From positions 94,986,001 to 95,050,000 of the forward strand of contig CM052817.1 in assembly GCA_028534125.1 (NCBI GenBank): DNA of 64,000 bases. The letters run 5' to 3'. Below, piece after piece: positions 11,200 through 24,299 of the stretch (the stretch's first letter is position 1; every line of letters starts with the position of its first letter). Source of the stretch: Lama glama. Its lineage: Eukaryota. The notes below the pieces were generated by a model. The model searched no databases. It saw nothing but the letters and a program-made list of their open reading frames with translations, and was not told the origin of the DNA. A program made the position numbers and the translations under genes.

Positions 11200-12530
11200 T
11201 GTATTTTAATAGGTCACAGTCTACATGTTTTCCTTACAATGATTAACCGTTTTACTGAAATTTTATCTCATAAAATGAGCAGGTGGCTTAAACATATTTC
11301 TATCAAAAAGTCACAAGTGGAAGTTAAGACTAATAACCCAAGCACAAGCCAGTAACAAAGAAAGGTCAGAGCTGAAACCTCTTATGTTTTTATCTCTTTG
11401 TCAGCCATAGCCTGAGTTTTTTTTTTAAAAAAAAAGAAAAACTATTAAATTACTTCTGAAGAGAATCAAATAAAATTTTTTCAAAGACATTAAGTTTATT
11501 TGAAATGCATATTTACATCCCCTTTTATAATAACAAATCTCACTATACATATTTTTATATATACACATTATACATACGTGTATATAACATTGCTAATAAG
11601 AATGTGATGGGAGGATATAGCTCAAATAGTAGCAGTGCATGTCTAGCATACACAGGGTCCTGGGTTCAGTCCCCAGCACCCCCTCTAAAAATAAATAAAC
11701 CTTATTATCTCCCCCTCAAAAAAGAATGTGAACATATCACAATTAGCAAAATATTTAAGCAACCATAAAATAAAGTGTAGATAAGCTTGTATAATTTCAT
11801 GTGCAGTTTAAAGTCATGCTATACCCAATCTATTATTTTGAAAAATTGATTAACCTTGTTGGGAGATGTTTAGAAGCCTCTTTTGAGATTTCTGATTTAA
11901 TAACAAAATACAAAAAGCCACATACAATTGGGTTCTTGTCATTTTTTCTTTCCCCTATACTAAGTGGCAACATAATTTATGTATTTTCTGGTAAATAATC
12001 TGACAACATATAAAGGTATATTCCTTTGTCACATAGAAAAATGCTGAAGTTTTAAGAAATAAGAATAAAGTGTGTTATGGAATGTTGGACCTTGATTTAC
12101 AGACAAATAAAGTACAGGTGTTTCTACATATCTCAGCTTACGGTACTTGCTAGATCCTTTTTCAACAGTTAAACACAATGCAATACAATAAATAGTTAAT
12201 ACAATGATTAAATCTGTGTGTATGAATTGTGCATCAGTGCTAGGGAATGTATATTCTCAGCAGTCATTCAACCAGTATTTATTAAGTACCCTCTCTTAAC
12301 ACTCACAGAGTTTTCATTAGTGTCAATAGTAAATTTAGCAAAAACATTTTAAGAGAAAATTGTGTGAATGTATCAACTGATGGAGCTGCTAGTCTGACTG
12401 GAATGTTTTACAAGTTTTCTGAGATGAGTTTACTGAGGTAGCACAAATGTATTTGCTCCACCATTCATAGGGAAGCTACTCACATTTAGAGAAATTTTAT
12501 TGTGCCCTGAACTTACAAAAATGGTGAAGG
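11200..12530 (+). mobile_element. Charlie1-type hAT DNA transposon fossil with decayed transposase
   Basis: Plus-strand peptide remnants in canonical order: CLEASFEISDLITKYKKPHTIG (ORF 11801-11998), SQLTVLARSFFN (~12130-12166), NCVNVSTDGAASLTG (~12358-12402, DDE Asp), IHREA (~12463-12477, degenerate CxxH region). Frameshifted. Confidence 0.85.
11608..11721 (+). mobile_element. tRNA-derived SINE (Vic-1-like) inserted in Charlie1
   Basis: gggaggatatagctcaaatagtagcagtgcatgtctagcatacacagggtcctgggttcagtcccc. TSD aagaatgtga 11598-11607 / 11722-11731. Confidence 0.88.
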
Positions 12531-13038
12531 TTTGGAATTTAGTGACTATAACTTCCGAGGAATTTGAGGAGTCTATGGAGGAAGTGCAGCACATAAGAAA
12601 AAAGTGAGGGTTATACTTATGTTCGAATCATGAAAATGTTGAGGTCATCTTAAGAATGCATACCTTGGTCAAAGAGTTTTGGAAGAATCTCCAGCCTTTT
12701 CTCAGTACCTGGAGCAAGAGTGGTGTCCTTGCCAGCCAAGTCCTGGGAGCCGAAGCTGGGGCTGAGGTCAGTCCTCTGCCACTGGGACTGCAAATGTAAG
12801 TTGAGTCTCCATACCAGGCCGTCAACATCCTGCACATGCTTCTTGCAGACTAGTTCCACACAGATCAATGCTACTTGAATCAATACCTCCCCAAAGCAGG
12901 AAAGAAAACAGCAGAGAGACTAAGAGATACCCTCAAAAGCTACCTAGGCAGGATAAGCTAGCACCATTGGCTCTCAAGACACATCTAATTTGTAAGTTAC
13001 AGGAATGGATGAGGTCAACCCGAAGACAGGGAGAAAAG

Positions 13039-13539
13039 CAGAGGTCACAAATGTCAGCCTGGTTTTGGCTGAGCGAATAAATGAGTTTTATTTGCCCTGC
13101 ACAATGATTTTTAAAACAGTGTTATCTGCAAACTGCTGTATATAAAACAGATAAATGACAAGGTGCTACTGTACAGCACAGGGAACTATATTCAATAGCT
13201 TGTAATAACCTGTAATGAAAAGGAATATGAAAAAGAATTATATATGTGTATAACTGAATCTCTATGCCGTACACCAGAAACTAACACAATATTATAAATC
13301 AACTATACTTCAATTTTAAAAAATAGAAAAAAATTGGGAGATTTAATCTAACAGTATCAATTTCCAGCTTCTCTTGAAAAATTAGATCTCACCACAGTGG
13401 CAATAATTAGAGGGAACCGAGAAGCAATAGCTAACTTTACAACGACCATGTGTCCTTCAGTTAGTCACTGCTCTCAGTGGTTTCACTAATTTTATTCACC
13501 TGCCTGCTCCTTGTAGGCATCTGAATTTATGACCCTCTG
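13039..13539 (+). mobile_element. MER102-like hAT-Charlie element with a nested L1 tail
   Basis: Termini cagaggtcacaaa ... tgtaggcatctgaatttatgaccctctg. Internal tttccagcttctcttgaaaattagatct. Confidence 0.7.
13122..13332 (+). mobile_element. L1 3' UTR tail
   Basis: ctactgtacagcacagggaactatattcaatagcttgtaataacc ... aaatcaactatacttcaattttaaaaaa. Confidence 0.9.
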
Positions 13540-16500
13540 GGTAGAATCGGAGAAGAGGTCTAAGAAAAGGAATTTGCCTCCTGCTACAGCTGCTTGTAAG
13601 CCAGTATCTTTTCCCTACTAATTAGAGCTTCATTCAACTTTTTACTCTCACAGTATTCTTCCCTGGGCTCTGCACATAATGGGTGTCCCCTAAGCATTTT
13701 CTAAAGTTTTTTTGTTTGTTTGTTTGGGTTTTTTGTTACTTTGAATTTTTTTTTTTGGCTTCAGATAAGTCAGTGTTTATATGTTTGTATATAATTGCAC
13801 TTTTTAAAGCCTGAATTTGTATGTTCATTTATCCAATGGTATGTTCAAAGTTCATTCCCTCATTCACTGTCATCACCTTAAACATCTGCTCTGATCAGAG
13901 TAATAAAACAGTAACAGCTTATTACACGTCTAATTCACTTAAAATCGGAAGGTCTTATGGTATCTTTATTACCTCCTGCTGAGGAGCAAGAATTTGCACA
14001 CCCAGAGTTAAGTAATAGAGGGGGTTCTGTGTCATGCAAAGACTAAAACAAAACCTCAAAAAAATATGAAAGTAAATGTCTTTTTCTGTTGATTGGGCTT
14101 TTCTTTAATTTTCCCTAAACCAGCCTTCACTTGGAAAGATAATAGAGAAGGACTCAGACCCTATGTTTTGATGAATGGAGCAGTTAGGGAGGAAGAAAGG
14201 AGAAATTTCCATTCTCAAAGAGAAGGAAAACTGCTCTTGTAAAATCTGTTATATCAGAATCTGACAAAGTTTCACAGGCTTTGGCAATAAGTTCTTATTG
14301 CAATTTGGAAATATGAAAGAATTGTATAACAGGATGATAGAAATGCCAGAGTCACTTATCTGCATATCCTCAATCACTGTATTTTAAATTTCTCATCTTT
14401 TTTCTGCTAACTGAAGAAAGCAAGAAATGAGTGCATATTAGAGATAAGATACAGCAAGTCTGATCTGAAAGTTGGGAGACCAATAATAATGTTGACAGTT
14501 GAAAGTTTCCTCTAACTTTCAATAGTTTCCCCCAAACCGAAAATAATAAAAATAAATTTTATTCAATCACATTAGCTCATTAATCACATAAAGACCTGGC
14601 TGTTGACCCCTCACCTTTTCCCAATGGGGCTGAGAAAGTCAATAAACTAATGAAATAAAATGAAGTCTCTGTCAGAATTAAGAAAAAAAAAACTTTTAAC
14701 AATTAAGAATAATGTATCCTTGAGATTCAAATCAATTTCTCCAAAATTTCATTTAAAAAAAAGAATCAGGAATATTAGCTGTAACCAAACAAATGGGAAT
14801 TTTGGTATTATCTTTTTAAAAGTAACAGCGAGAGATTTTAACGAGCTTCCCTGTTCACCTTGATTAAATCAGAATTTTAGGGAAAAGTAGCTTAGCCAAA
14901 CTTCAGAAACGTGAAGTTCAAGTTCAGCTAATGAAGGGACAAAGACTTTAATTTTAGCTGAACGGTCCTTCCATTTCTGTGTCAGCTTCGCACTCTGTTA
15001 GATCCTCTGGAACAAAAGGCTCAGACCCTCCCACTGGGAATCTTTAGCTGAAGCCCTGGGCACTATTGTTGATTTTATCCTAAAGGGCTTGGGAACACAT
15101 TTTATAAACATGAAAATAAAGAGCAAATAAGTGTGAGAAACACTCAAGGAAAGAAGGTCAATGGAAACAGCTCACATGCTGTCAAAGCCCCACTGGATTT
15201 CTTTTAAAATGATGTAGGTAGATGCATTTCTGATGGGTGTGTTTAGTCAGACAGAGGTTTGAAAATGATAGTCATTTGCCTCTTTCCTTATGTGTGAAAA
15301 TAATCACAATTTTTTCAGGGAAGAAATCTGCTGGGTTACCAACTGCTGGGCGCATGCATCCTCTCCTACAACCAAATACCTTATTTTCAGTCTGAGACGC
15401 AAGGATGCTTTCTTTGGACAAATCAACATTGGTTTCATGTCAGAAATTCTCCTTTCTAGGGTTCCCCGATGCGAGTGAAACACTGAAATTGCATGTCACC
15501 TGCAAACCTTTCCTCCTCTGCTGATTGAATTCGGCACAGTGAAGCATGGAATCAGAACCAGAAAGCCAGGGACCTGCCTGCCAAATGAATGCTGCTTTAG
15601 TTGTTGTTTTCCTTTTAAATAAAAACAAAATAATGAATCACATGATAATACCATGATGAGTTTTGCACATGCTAAAATATAAAAGAGAGGACATTGTTTC
15701 TTGACCTTCCAATATATGTGAAACCATTTTGAACTGGAACAAATAACTTGAAAATGTATTACATTCACAGTGGTGTCTGAACGGAACAGTTGCTTATGTG
15801 ACGTGAAAAGAAGAGAGAAAGTCCACCCATTGATACAGGGCTGCCAGAAATGGGTATTACAAAAACCCAAAAGTTTTCTCAGTTTAAGTTAAGGAATAAA
15901 ATTAGTCTCCTACAAATCCCACCCCTAAATCAAAAGATGAAAATCACCCAGGTTTACTGTGCAGACCTTTCCAACTAACCATATGAATAATTCAGCCTAA
16001 GAAAGCCACTATTATCCAGCATGGAATCTCTAATATGCAATTGAAAGTTTTCTTAGGATCTCAGAGGAGTGCCAAGATTGCATTTTTCATGACCAATGGT
16101 GGTTATGACTAACTAAAATTCTACCACAAAATATAAAGTGGGCAGTAGACTAGAAATCGACTGACCTGTCAACCATTTGGTAACTAGGAGCCAGCTGGAA
16201 AAGACACACCCAGTGCAAATCCATCTCGGTTCCATCATCCCCTCAGTACATACTTATTGAGGGCCCACCACATGCTCAGCATCACCCTGGAGGCTGGGGT
16301 GTGAGCAAGATAGACATGGTGCTCTTCTTGTGGAGAGGGAAAAGGGTCTGATGCTCTCATACTGGGCTGGCCAAGCTCTGCATGGTAGTGACATGTCAGA
16401 TTGATGTAGGTGCTATTACCATTGGTGTCAGAATGAGAGAACTCTTAGTTCCATTTCTCTCAAGGCCAAACTATTGATGGGGTGCAGAGAAAAAATTGGT

Positions 16501-16721
16501 TCAAATCACTTTAATTAGTTAAAAAAAATTTTACATGGAGTTTGTTACAGACTGAATGTTTGTCTCTGCAGCCCCCTCACCCAAACATATGTTATAACTC
16601 TGCCTCCCAATGTGATAGTATTAGGAGGTGGGGCCTTTAAAAGGTAATTAGGATTAGATGAATTCATGAGGGTAAAGCCTCCATGAATGGGATTTTAGTG
16701 CTCTTAGAAGCATCTCAAGAG

Positions 16722-17097
16722 TTCCTCAAAAAACTAAAAATAGATTTACCATATGTTCCAGCAATCCCACTTCTGGGTATATACTCAGAGGGACCTCTAA
16801 TTCAAAAAGATACATGCACCTCAATGTTCTTAGCAGCCCTATATACAATAGCCAAGACATGGAAACAACCGAAATGTCCATCGACAGATGACTAGGTAAA
16901 TAAGTTGTGGTATATTTATACAATGGAATACTACTCAGCCATAAAAAGAATAAATAATGCCATTTGCAACAACATGGATGGACCTAGAGATCATTATTCT
17001 AAGTGAAGTAAGACAGAAAGAGAAAGAAAAATACAATATGATAATCACTCATAAGTAGAATCTAAAAAGAAAGAAAGAAAAGAAAGAAAGAAAAGGA

Positions 17098-17149
<52 letters not shown>

Positions 17150-17206
17150 GAGAAAGAAAGAAAGGGAGAAAGGGAGAAAGAAAGAAAGGGAGAAAGAAAG
17201 AAAGGG

Positions 17207-17280
<74 letters not shown>

Positions 17281-17673
17281 GAAGAAAGGAAGAAAGAAAG
17301 GGAGAAAGGGAGAAAGGGAGAAAGGAAGGGAGAAAGAAAGAAAAAGAAAGAAAAGACAGGACACTATGAACTCCTCTATAAAACAGAAACAGACTTGCAG
17401 ACACAGTAAACAATCTTATGGTTACCAGGGAAAGGGGGTGGGAAGGGATAAAATTTGGGAGTTTGAGATTTGCAGACACTATATATAAAAATAGATTTTA
17501 AAAAGTTTCTCCTGTATAGCACAGGGAACTATGTTCAGTATCTTATAATAACCTTTAATAAAAAAAGAATATGAAAATAAATATATGTATGAATATGCAT
17601 AATTGGGACATTGTGCTGAACATCATAAATTGACACATAACTGACTGTACTTCAATTAAAAAAAAAAAGCAGC
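16722..17673 (+). mobile_element. 5'-truncated L1 (ORF2 C-terminus plus 3' UTR)
   Basis: ORF 16683-16895 reads FLKKLKIDLPYVPAIPLLGIY...TWKQPKCPSTDD (L1 ORF2p C-terminus). 13-bp TSD agcatctcaagag 16709-16721 / 17674-17686. Confidence 0.95.
17064..17355 (+). repeat. Compound (GAAA)n microsatellite with GGGA/GGAA variants
   Basis: About 290 bp of pure purine, read directly. Explains the FLSF-repeat minus-strand ORFs. Confidence 0.98.
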
Positions 17674-19177
17674 AGCATCTCAAGAGAGTTTTCCTCCTCT
17701 CTGCTCTCCACTGTGTGAAGGTACAAGAAGTCAGCAGTCTGGAACCCTAGAGAGAGCTCTCACCAAAACCCACCCCTTCTGGCACCTCGATCTTGGACTT
17801 CTAGCCTCCAGAACTATCTGGAGAACAGCCTTGACTTCAGAGCTGTCTAGAACAGAGAGAAAAATGTCTGTTGTTTATAAGCCACCCAGTCTGTGATATC
17901 TCTGTGATAGCAGCCTGAACTAAGGCAGAACTGATGTGCACTGTCTTTGTTTTGTTTTGTTATTGTTTTCCTTGTCTTCTCCCTTGTGATCAAATTACGA
18001 ATGGTTGGGAGTAGGATTAATGTTGCCAACCACAGAACACTAACTCTCATTTAGAGCCTTTGGCTCTGAGCTGATTCAGACAGGCACTCCCACATCACCA
18101 TCACCATCACCATCCTCATCATCAGGAGGCCTCCAGGGCCTACTCTGTCAGTTTTATTTACTGTATCCATGAAACGTGTGTTAGTGTCACCCAGACAACA
18201 CCAGGGACTTGGTCAGAGAACGTATCTCATGTATATTTGCATGTATTGAATAGCTAATGGATTAGGTATTTTAGAAATTGCACCCAGGCTGGCAAATGCA
18301 GATGGGCTGGAGTGGTAGGAAAGTATAATAAAAATCTAATAAAACATTTGAGCAAACTCACACATCTGTGGGCAGATGGGAGGCATTATGTAATACAGGT
18401 CATTGCTACAGCAACCTCTAACCCCCCTGGCTACTGCTGCAGGGCCAAGGTTGAGTGTAAGGGCCTCTGTGGGTTTTCTTTCTCTGTCAGCATTCAGAGA
18501 AATCATTTTTAATCTCTCTAAAATGAACTATTAAAATAGACAGCCTTTGACCCACACCCATGAAAATGATGCACAAAATACCCCAAATCTTTGACCCAGG
18601 ACCTAAGGTCTCACTGCTTGTATCTGTTTGTTTTTGGAAACATAATATTTCCATGAATACACATTGCTACTTGCCAGGCGTTTTTCTCCCTGATGAATGC
18701 ACTAGGCCGTCATGTTTGAGGTGGGTTCTTCCATGTAGCTTTGGAGAGTAATTTCAGAAGTGGTCAAACAATCAATTATATAAACCACAAGACAGAATGA
18801 GAGATAGGCTTGGAATTTTAAAAAGGCTATATTCACCAGACTATGTAAATTACATGAAATGAACACTCAGAAATCTTCATTTTAAAGAGAATTAATACAT
18901 GTGTGGGTACGGTGGCTGTAAATTTTACTGAATTCCACAGTAACATTAGAATTTCCTCTTTCTGTCTACAGACTAATCTTCAACTAGATATTCTAGAATG
19001 ACTTTCTTCCCTGGATGGAAGTTGTATCTCCTACAGTATTAAACATTTAAGGTGCATAAATCTGGAAGGTGGGGGTTAAGGTAAACTGTGGAATTCACTT
19101 GCACCACATCTTGAGTAAAAAACTGTTCAAAGAAACTGAGGGGACTATGTCTTACAGATGGAACATTTACACAAGCT

Positions 19178-19395
19178 TTAGGGTCAGCTATACCTGGATT
19201 TAGCCCTGTCACTTTTTTGACCATGCGATCTAGGACAAGTTCTTTAACCTTTTTACTCAAAGTCCTCATCTGTAAAATGAACATAATAATAGTACCTACC
19301 TCCTAAAATTGTGAGATTTAAATGAATTATTGCATAGAAAGCACTTACAACAGTGCCCAGCACATCGTAATTACTCAATAAATGTTAGTAATGAT
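19178..19395 (+). mobile_element. MIR SINE
   Basis: MIR core agtcctcatctgtaaaatg...aataatagtacctacctc, 3' gcacttacaacagtgcccagcacatcgtaa...aataaatgttag. Confidence 0.88.
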
Positions 19396-20868
19396 GATTG
19401 TTGTTGTATTTCAGACCAAGGTGAAAAAAATTCAGCTGAAAAAATTATTGTTCAGCTATCAGAATCCTGATCTCAAGCAGTCCTGCCAGTGAAAATTAAT
19501 GACCTCAAAGTGCTTAGTAAATGTGCCATGAGTCAGTTCTTAAACATTTTCATTAGAAGCTGGATCATTTCTCTCACACTTAGAGTTCACTCTCTTAGCC
19601 TCTTTTGGCCAGTCAATGCCAAGGAACTCCTAAAATGAGGACTGTCACTGAAGAAAGGTATGTCTCATCTCCCAGGATGAAATTCTGCGACCAAGAGCTG
19701 CAAAGTGGAGCGTGGCCATCAAACTTCTAGGTCTGAAAGATCATGGTTCCCAGATTCGGAGACATAGAATTTCATAGATGAAATTAGAACTTTGTATTCC
19801 TAGAATATTTTATTATTAAAACCTTTCCCATCTATACAAATGTGTAGAAAATACTATAATGAACACCGATTTACCCATCTCACCCAGCTTAAAAAAATAG
19901 AGCATTCTGAGCACACTCAGGGCTGCCATGTTGAGCCATTACAGGAGGTGCTGTTCTTAGAATGGAATGAATGTGAATGACTCCCTTGGATGCTAACACG
20001 TTGTGTTTTACATGAAGGGAGCCCTCTTGGGTTGAGCAACACAGCAGCAAACCTGGACACAAAGAATTCCGTAACTGCTTCCTTGTATCCCTCAGAAGCT
20101 ACTGTCCTGAGTCGGCTGTTGGTTATTCTCAAGCCCATTTTTATATCTTTATTACATATGTATCTGTTAGTATAGATAGCCTCTCTTTGTACTTTATGTG
20201 AACATTAGCACTCTTCATGAATCCTTCTGCAACTTGCTTTTTATGAACTCAACATTATATTTCTAAGATACAGTCCTATTGATCCCTGAAGTTCCAGTTT
20301 TTTCATTTTAAGAGTTGAATAGTATTATTGTATGAATAAACTAGTTTACTTATTTATACATTATTTATACATTCTCTACTTGATAAACACTTATGGGTTT
20401 TCTTCTTTCCACTTTTTTTTTTGGATGAGAGCACTGTAAGTATTCAATAAATGTTAGCTATTTTTGCACCTTCTGTTTTGTATTCACTACATTGGTGAGC
20501 AATCTCTATTCCACACTCCTTCTTGTGTGCCTTCTATAAATCAGTATCTAAAAAGTTAAAAACTACATTCACTAGTCTCCCTCGCAGCAAGAGATCCACC
20601 TTTGATTTAGGTTTGGCCAATCAGAGGCACTCATGAAGGGTTTTCAAAATCAGACACTGCATGCCTGCCATTTCTGCTGCTGCTGGTAAACATGGTCGTA
20701 GAGGCACTGAATTTTTCTACACACTAGGAAGAGGTCCTAGTGTCCTGTTACCTTATGAGATTTGAAGGCAGGGCAAGTTGGATCCATTTTGTCAATGTGA
20801 ATCATTGCAGCTCCGCTCTGGATCTGGAACTGACAGTGTCAAACTGCTTCCCAATGATATGATAGTTT

Positions 20869-21391
20869 CCCTTTTTTTTTTTGGATGGAGTGTAGTCAGT
20901 TTACAATGTTGTGTTCATTTATGGTGTACAGCACAATGATTCAGTTATATACATACATATATATATTCCTTTTCATATTCTTTTTCACTATAGGCTATTA
21001 CAAGATGTTGAATATAGTCCCCTGTGCTCTACAGTAGGACCTTTTATTATCCATTTTATATATAGTAGGTAGTATTGCAAATCTCGAGCCCCCGATTTAT
21101 CCCTCCCCATCCCCTTCCACCCAGTAGCCATAAGTTTGTTTTCTATGTCTGAGTCTGTTTCTGTTTTGTAAATAAGTTCAATTTGTGTCCTTTTAAAAAA
21201 TTCTTTGCATAAGTAATATTATATGGTATTTTTCTTTCTCTTTCTGGCTTACTTCACTTAGAATGACTATCTCTAGGTACATCCATGTTGCTGCAAATGG
21301 CATTATTTTATTCTTTTTTATGGCCGAGTAGTATTCCATTGTGTGTGTGTGTATGTACATATAAATACCACAACTTCTTTATCCAGTCACC
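20869..21391 (-). mobile_element. 5'-truncated L1 3' end
   Basis: PolyT at left, L1 3'UTR/ORF2 end. TSD tgatagttt 20860-20868 / 21392-21400. Confidence 0.92.
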
Positions 21392-21587
21392 TGATAGTTT
21401 TTTTATTGTGGCATTTTTTTTGCTCAGGGTAGTGAGTGCCTTGGTTCTATGTCTGGCATCTTTCTGATCATAAAAGAGATGGCCACAGTAGTCTATTCTG
21501 TAGCATAGCTTTGGATGTCATACACGAAAGCTCAACTGAGAGTCTGTTTTTTCATCCTCCTAATGATTTAACTGAATACTGTATCAT

Positions 21588-22483
21588 TAGAGATGGATTT
21601 ACCGTGAAGCTTAAGCTTCAGAGACCCTCATTGCATAGACCCATGGCTGATTATGTGTTTTTATAAAAATTGCAAAATTCAGATACTTCAAGTACTATAC
21701 ATGAAGGCTACTATCTCTTTCTACTCAAACTCCCCCTCGGTTACATTTGTCTCCTGTGTTGATGGAGAGGCCTTAGGCATTTTGGGGATCTAGTTAGGAA
21801 GAAATTGAGCAAGGTATATATTTAGCATGGGTTAACAGACATAGTTTTGTGTTAGTAATCACTCCCAATACCCAGTGTGTGAACTCATCCAGCTTTGTGA
21901 CATGAGGGGATAGACCCAGAGATCATATCGTAGTCAGAAGGTGTCTTACACTTTCTTTGGGCAGTGAAGGAGTAACAAAGTTTAAAATTGACTGAGCCAA
22001 AGTAGAAAACTTCCAAATCTTATAATTCATATGAAAAAGAGATCTGACAGTGGTTTCCCCAATTTTGACAACTGTCTAAAAATCTACATGGCAATATCAA
22101 TAATGAGTTGTAAAGATGAAAGAAATTTCCTAAACTATCGCTAATAAAACAAAATTTCAGTTACAACAAAGACTGAATTATCTTTTTTTTCTCTCTATAA
22201 AAGTGATACTACAAAAGTACTATCAAATAAAGGCAAAAGTGAAAAAAAAGTTTAACGGTCCATTAAGTATTTGATTGATAAAAATATTATATTAGCTTTC
22301 TGGATTTTGTGATACTTGTGCTAAATGTGAGCTTCCTAGAATTTCTAATTGATTGTAATTTTCACTATGAATACATTTTGAATTTCATACCTAATTTTGT
22401 ATTTTTAAAGGTGTATTTTTTCCTAAAGAAGCTGCCAAATTTTATATTAAATTCATGCCCCCAAACAACTAGATCCTTCTCTG
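21588..22483 (+). mobile_element. hAT-Tip100 (Zaphod/MER115-like) DNA transposon
   Basis: Degenerate TIRs tagagatggattt / agatccttctctg and 5' motif ggatttaccgtgaagcttaagcttcag. Dimerisation-domain remnant FPNFDNCLKIYMAISIMSCKDERNF...RLNYL at ~22055-22185. Confidence 0.78.
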
Positions 22484-22897
22484 TCAGTAATAAATCAATT
22501 GCTTAAACTAGCAAAAGTGATTCCCATTCTCTGCAACAGAATTCTACATGATTATGTCATTAATATCAGGTAGGGCTGCATACAACAATTTTAAGGAAAT
22601 GAACTCCTGGAATTGGTTATCTCACCTGGGTGGGTTTGAAAGCCATGATAATCACATTAAGAACAAATGATAAATTATGCTTGCTGAAAATGAAGGACTT
22701 AGCAAATGGAAGGCTTGGCAGATCAGCTGGCCACTGCACAACCACTTATGGTAAGAAGGAGGGATTAAAAAAAATGTGGGGTGAGTTGGCTAACTCTAAC
22801 TGCACTGGAGAGTTTTAGAAAAAGAAAAGAGAAAGCTCCATATTTAAAATTCTTAACTCAGTGGACAAATCAGAGAACTTATATAATCACCATAAAA

Positions 22898-23080
22898 TAA
22901 TGGTTCTCAAACTGCAGCATGATTAAGAACCCCCTACAGGACTTATTTAAAATACGGGCTGCTGGGTCCCCAACCTCAGAGTTTCTGACTGAGTGAAGGG
23001 TGGAGCCCAAGAATTTGCTTTTCTGAAAGTTTCAAGGTGACACTAACATTGGTCCAGGAACGACAATTTGAGAACCATTG
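22898..23080. mobile_element. MER5A-like hAT MITE
   Basis: TIRs aatggttctcaaa / tttgagaaccattg. Degenerate 8-bp TSD ccataaaa / ccctaaat. Confidence 0.85.
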
Positions 23081-23573
23081 CCCTAAATGAGTGCCCTTAC
23101 CTCTGTACTGGCAGGGCAGATATCTCTAATTATCAGATGCAACAAGTTGCCAAAAGACAACTTAAATTAAATTCCCAACCTCACTTGGCCTCTTATGTGA
23201 AAGCACATTAATTAGGAAGGAGTGGGACACTATGAACTGGAATAAGGATATTTGAATGGACTTAGATGACGCTGAGTACCTGAACCTCCAAGTCCACTGA
23301 GCTTTCCATTCTAGCAAGTGTAGCCCCTTCTCTGCTTTTATCAGCTAAACCTGCCACGTTTGAAGCCCCAGTGTTGACTGCACCAGCAGTAATTTCCTTG
23401 CAAGAAGATGCCAGTTCTCCTTATGCTCCACCCTTGCACCCGTCATTCAATCCAGACGTGGGGTCAGATCCCAGCAGACCCCCGCGGTAGGTACTAAGTC
23501 TGACTGAGGAGGAAAAGTCTTATATGAAAAATAGTCTTAAGATTTTTCTAAATTGTATTAATAAAAACCTAGA

Positions 23574-24299
23574 TGAATTGGTGCAGCCACTGCGGAAAAC
23601 AGTATGGAGCTTCCTTAAAAAACTAAAAATAGAGTTACCATACAACCCAGCAATCTCACTCCTGGGCATATATCCAGAAAAGCTGAAAACTCTAATTCAA
23701 AAAGATATAGGCACCCCAATGTTCGCAGCAGCATTATTTACAATAGCCAAGAAACAGAAGCAACCTAAGTGTCCATCAGCAGATAATTAGCTTAAGAAGA
23801 TGTGGTATATAGATACAATGTAATATTACCATAAAAAATAAAATATTGTCCTTTGCAGCAACATGGATAGACCTGAGAATGTTATACTTAGTGAAGTAAG
23901 TCAGACAGAAAGACAAATATAATATATTGTCACTTATATGTGGAATCTAAAAAATAATACAAACGAATCTGTGTACAAAACAGAAACAGACTCAGACACA
24001 GAAAGCAAACTTATAGTTGCCAAAGGGAGAAGGGAGGGAGGACAGATAAATTAGGAGTTTGAGATTAACATATACAGACTACTATACATAAAATAGATAA
24101 GCAACAAGAATTTACTGTGTAGTACGGGAACAATATCAGCATCTTTTAATAACCTATAATGGAAAAAAATCTGAAAAAAAAACCATAACAGAATCACTTT
24201 GCTGTACACCTCAAACTAACAATATTGTAAATCAACTATACTTCAATGAAAAATAAACTCATTTAATTTTTTAAATAATTAATTAATTAATTAATTAAT
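23574..24299 (+). mobile_element. 5'-truncated L1 with (TAAT)n tail
   Basis: ORF 23524-23790 reads [33 protein letters not shown] (ORF2p). TSD taaaaacctaga 23562-23573 / 24300-24311. Confidence 0.95.

Larger units (their letters stand above)
16543..17927 (+). mobile_element. MaLR solo LTR (MLT1A-like) interrupted by L1
   Basis: Starts tgttacagactgaatgtttgtc, contains ggaggtggggccttt...gtaattagg, ends gcagcctgaactaaggca. Confidence 0.88.
20490..22552 (+). mobile_element. 5' LTR of ERVL provirus (LTR33/LTR41 group), split by L1 and hAT insertions
   Basis: aaactacattc...ctccctcgcagc...gatttaggtttggccaatcagaggcactc, end aataaatc...gcttaaactagc...tctctgcaacagaa. Colinear similarity to the LTR at 26690-27342. 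Confidence 0.7.

Noticed and set aside
14922..14963. Hairpin gttcagctaa...ttagctgaac
   Set aside because: A 10-bp stem with a 22-nt spacer is expected about once by chance in 64 kb, and it is too short for a pre-miRNA.
17045..17479. 144-aa and 100-aa hydrophobic ORFs (FLSF repeats)
   Set aside because: They are translations of the (TTTC)n microsatellite inside an L1.
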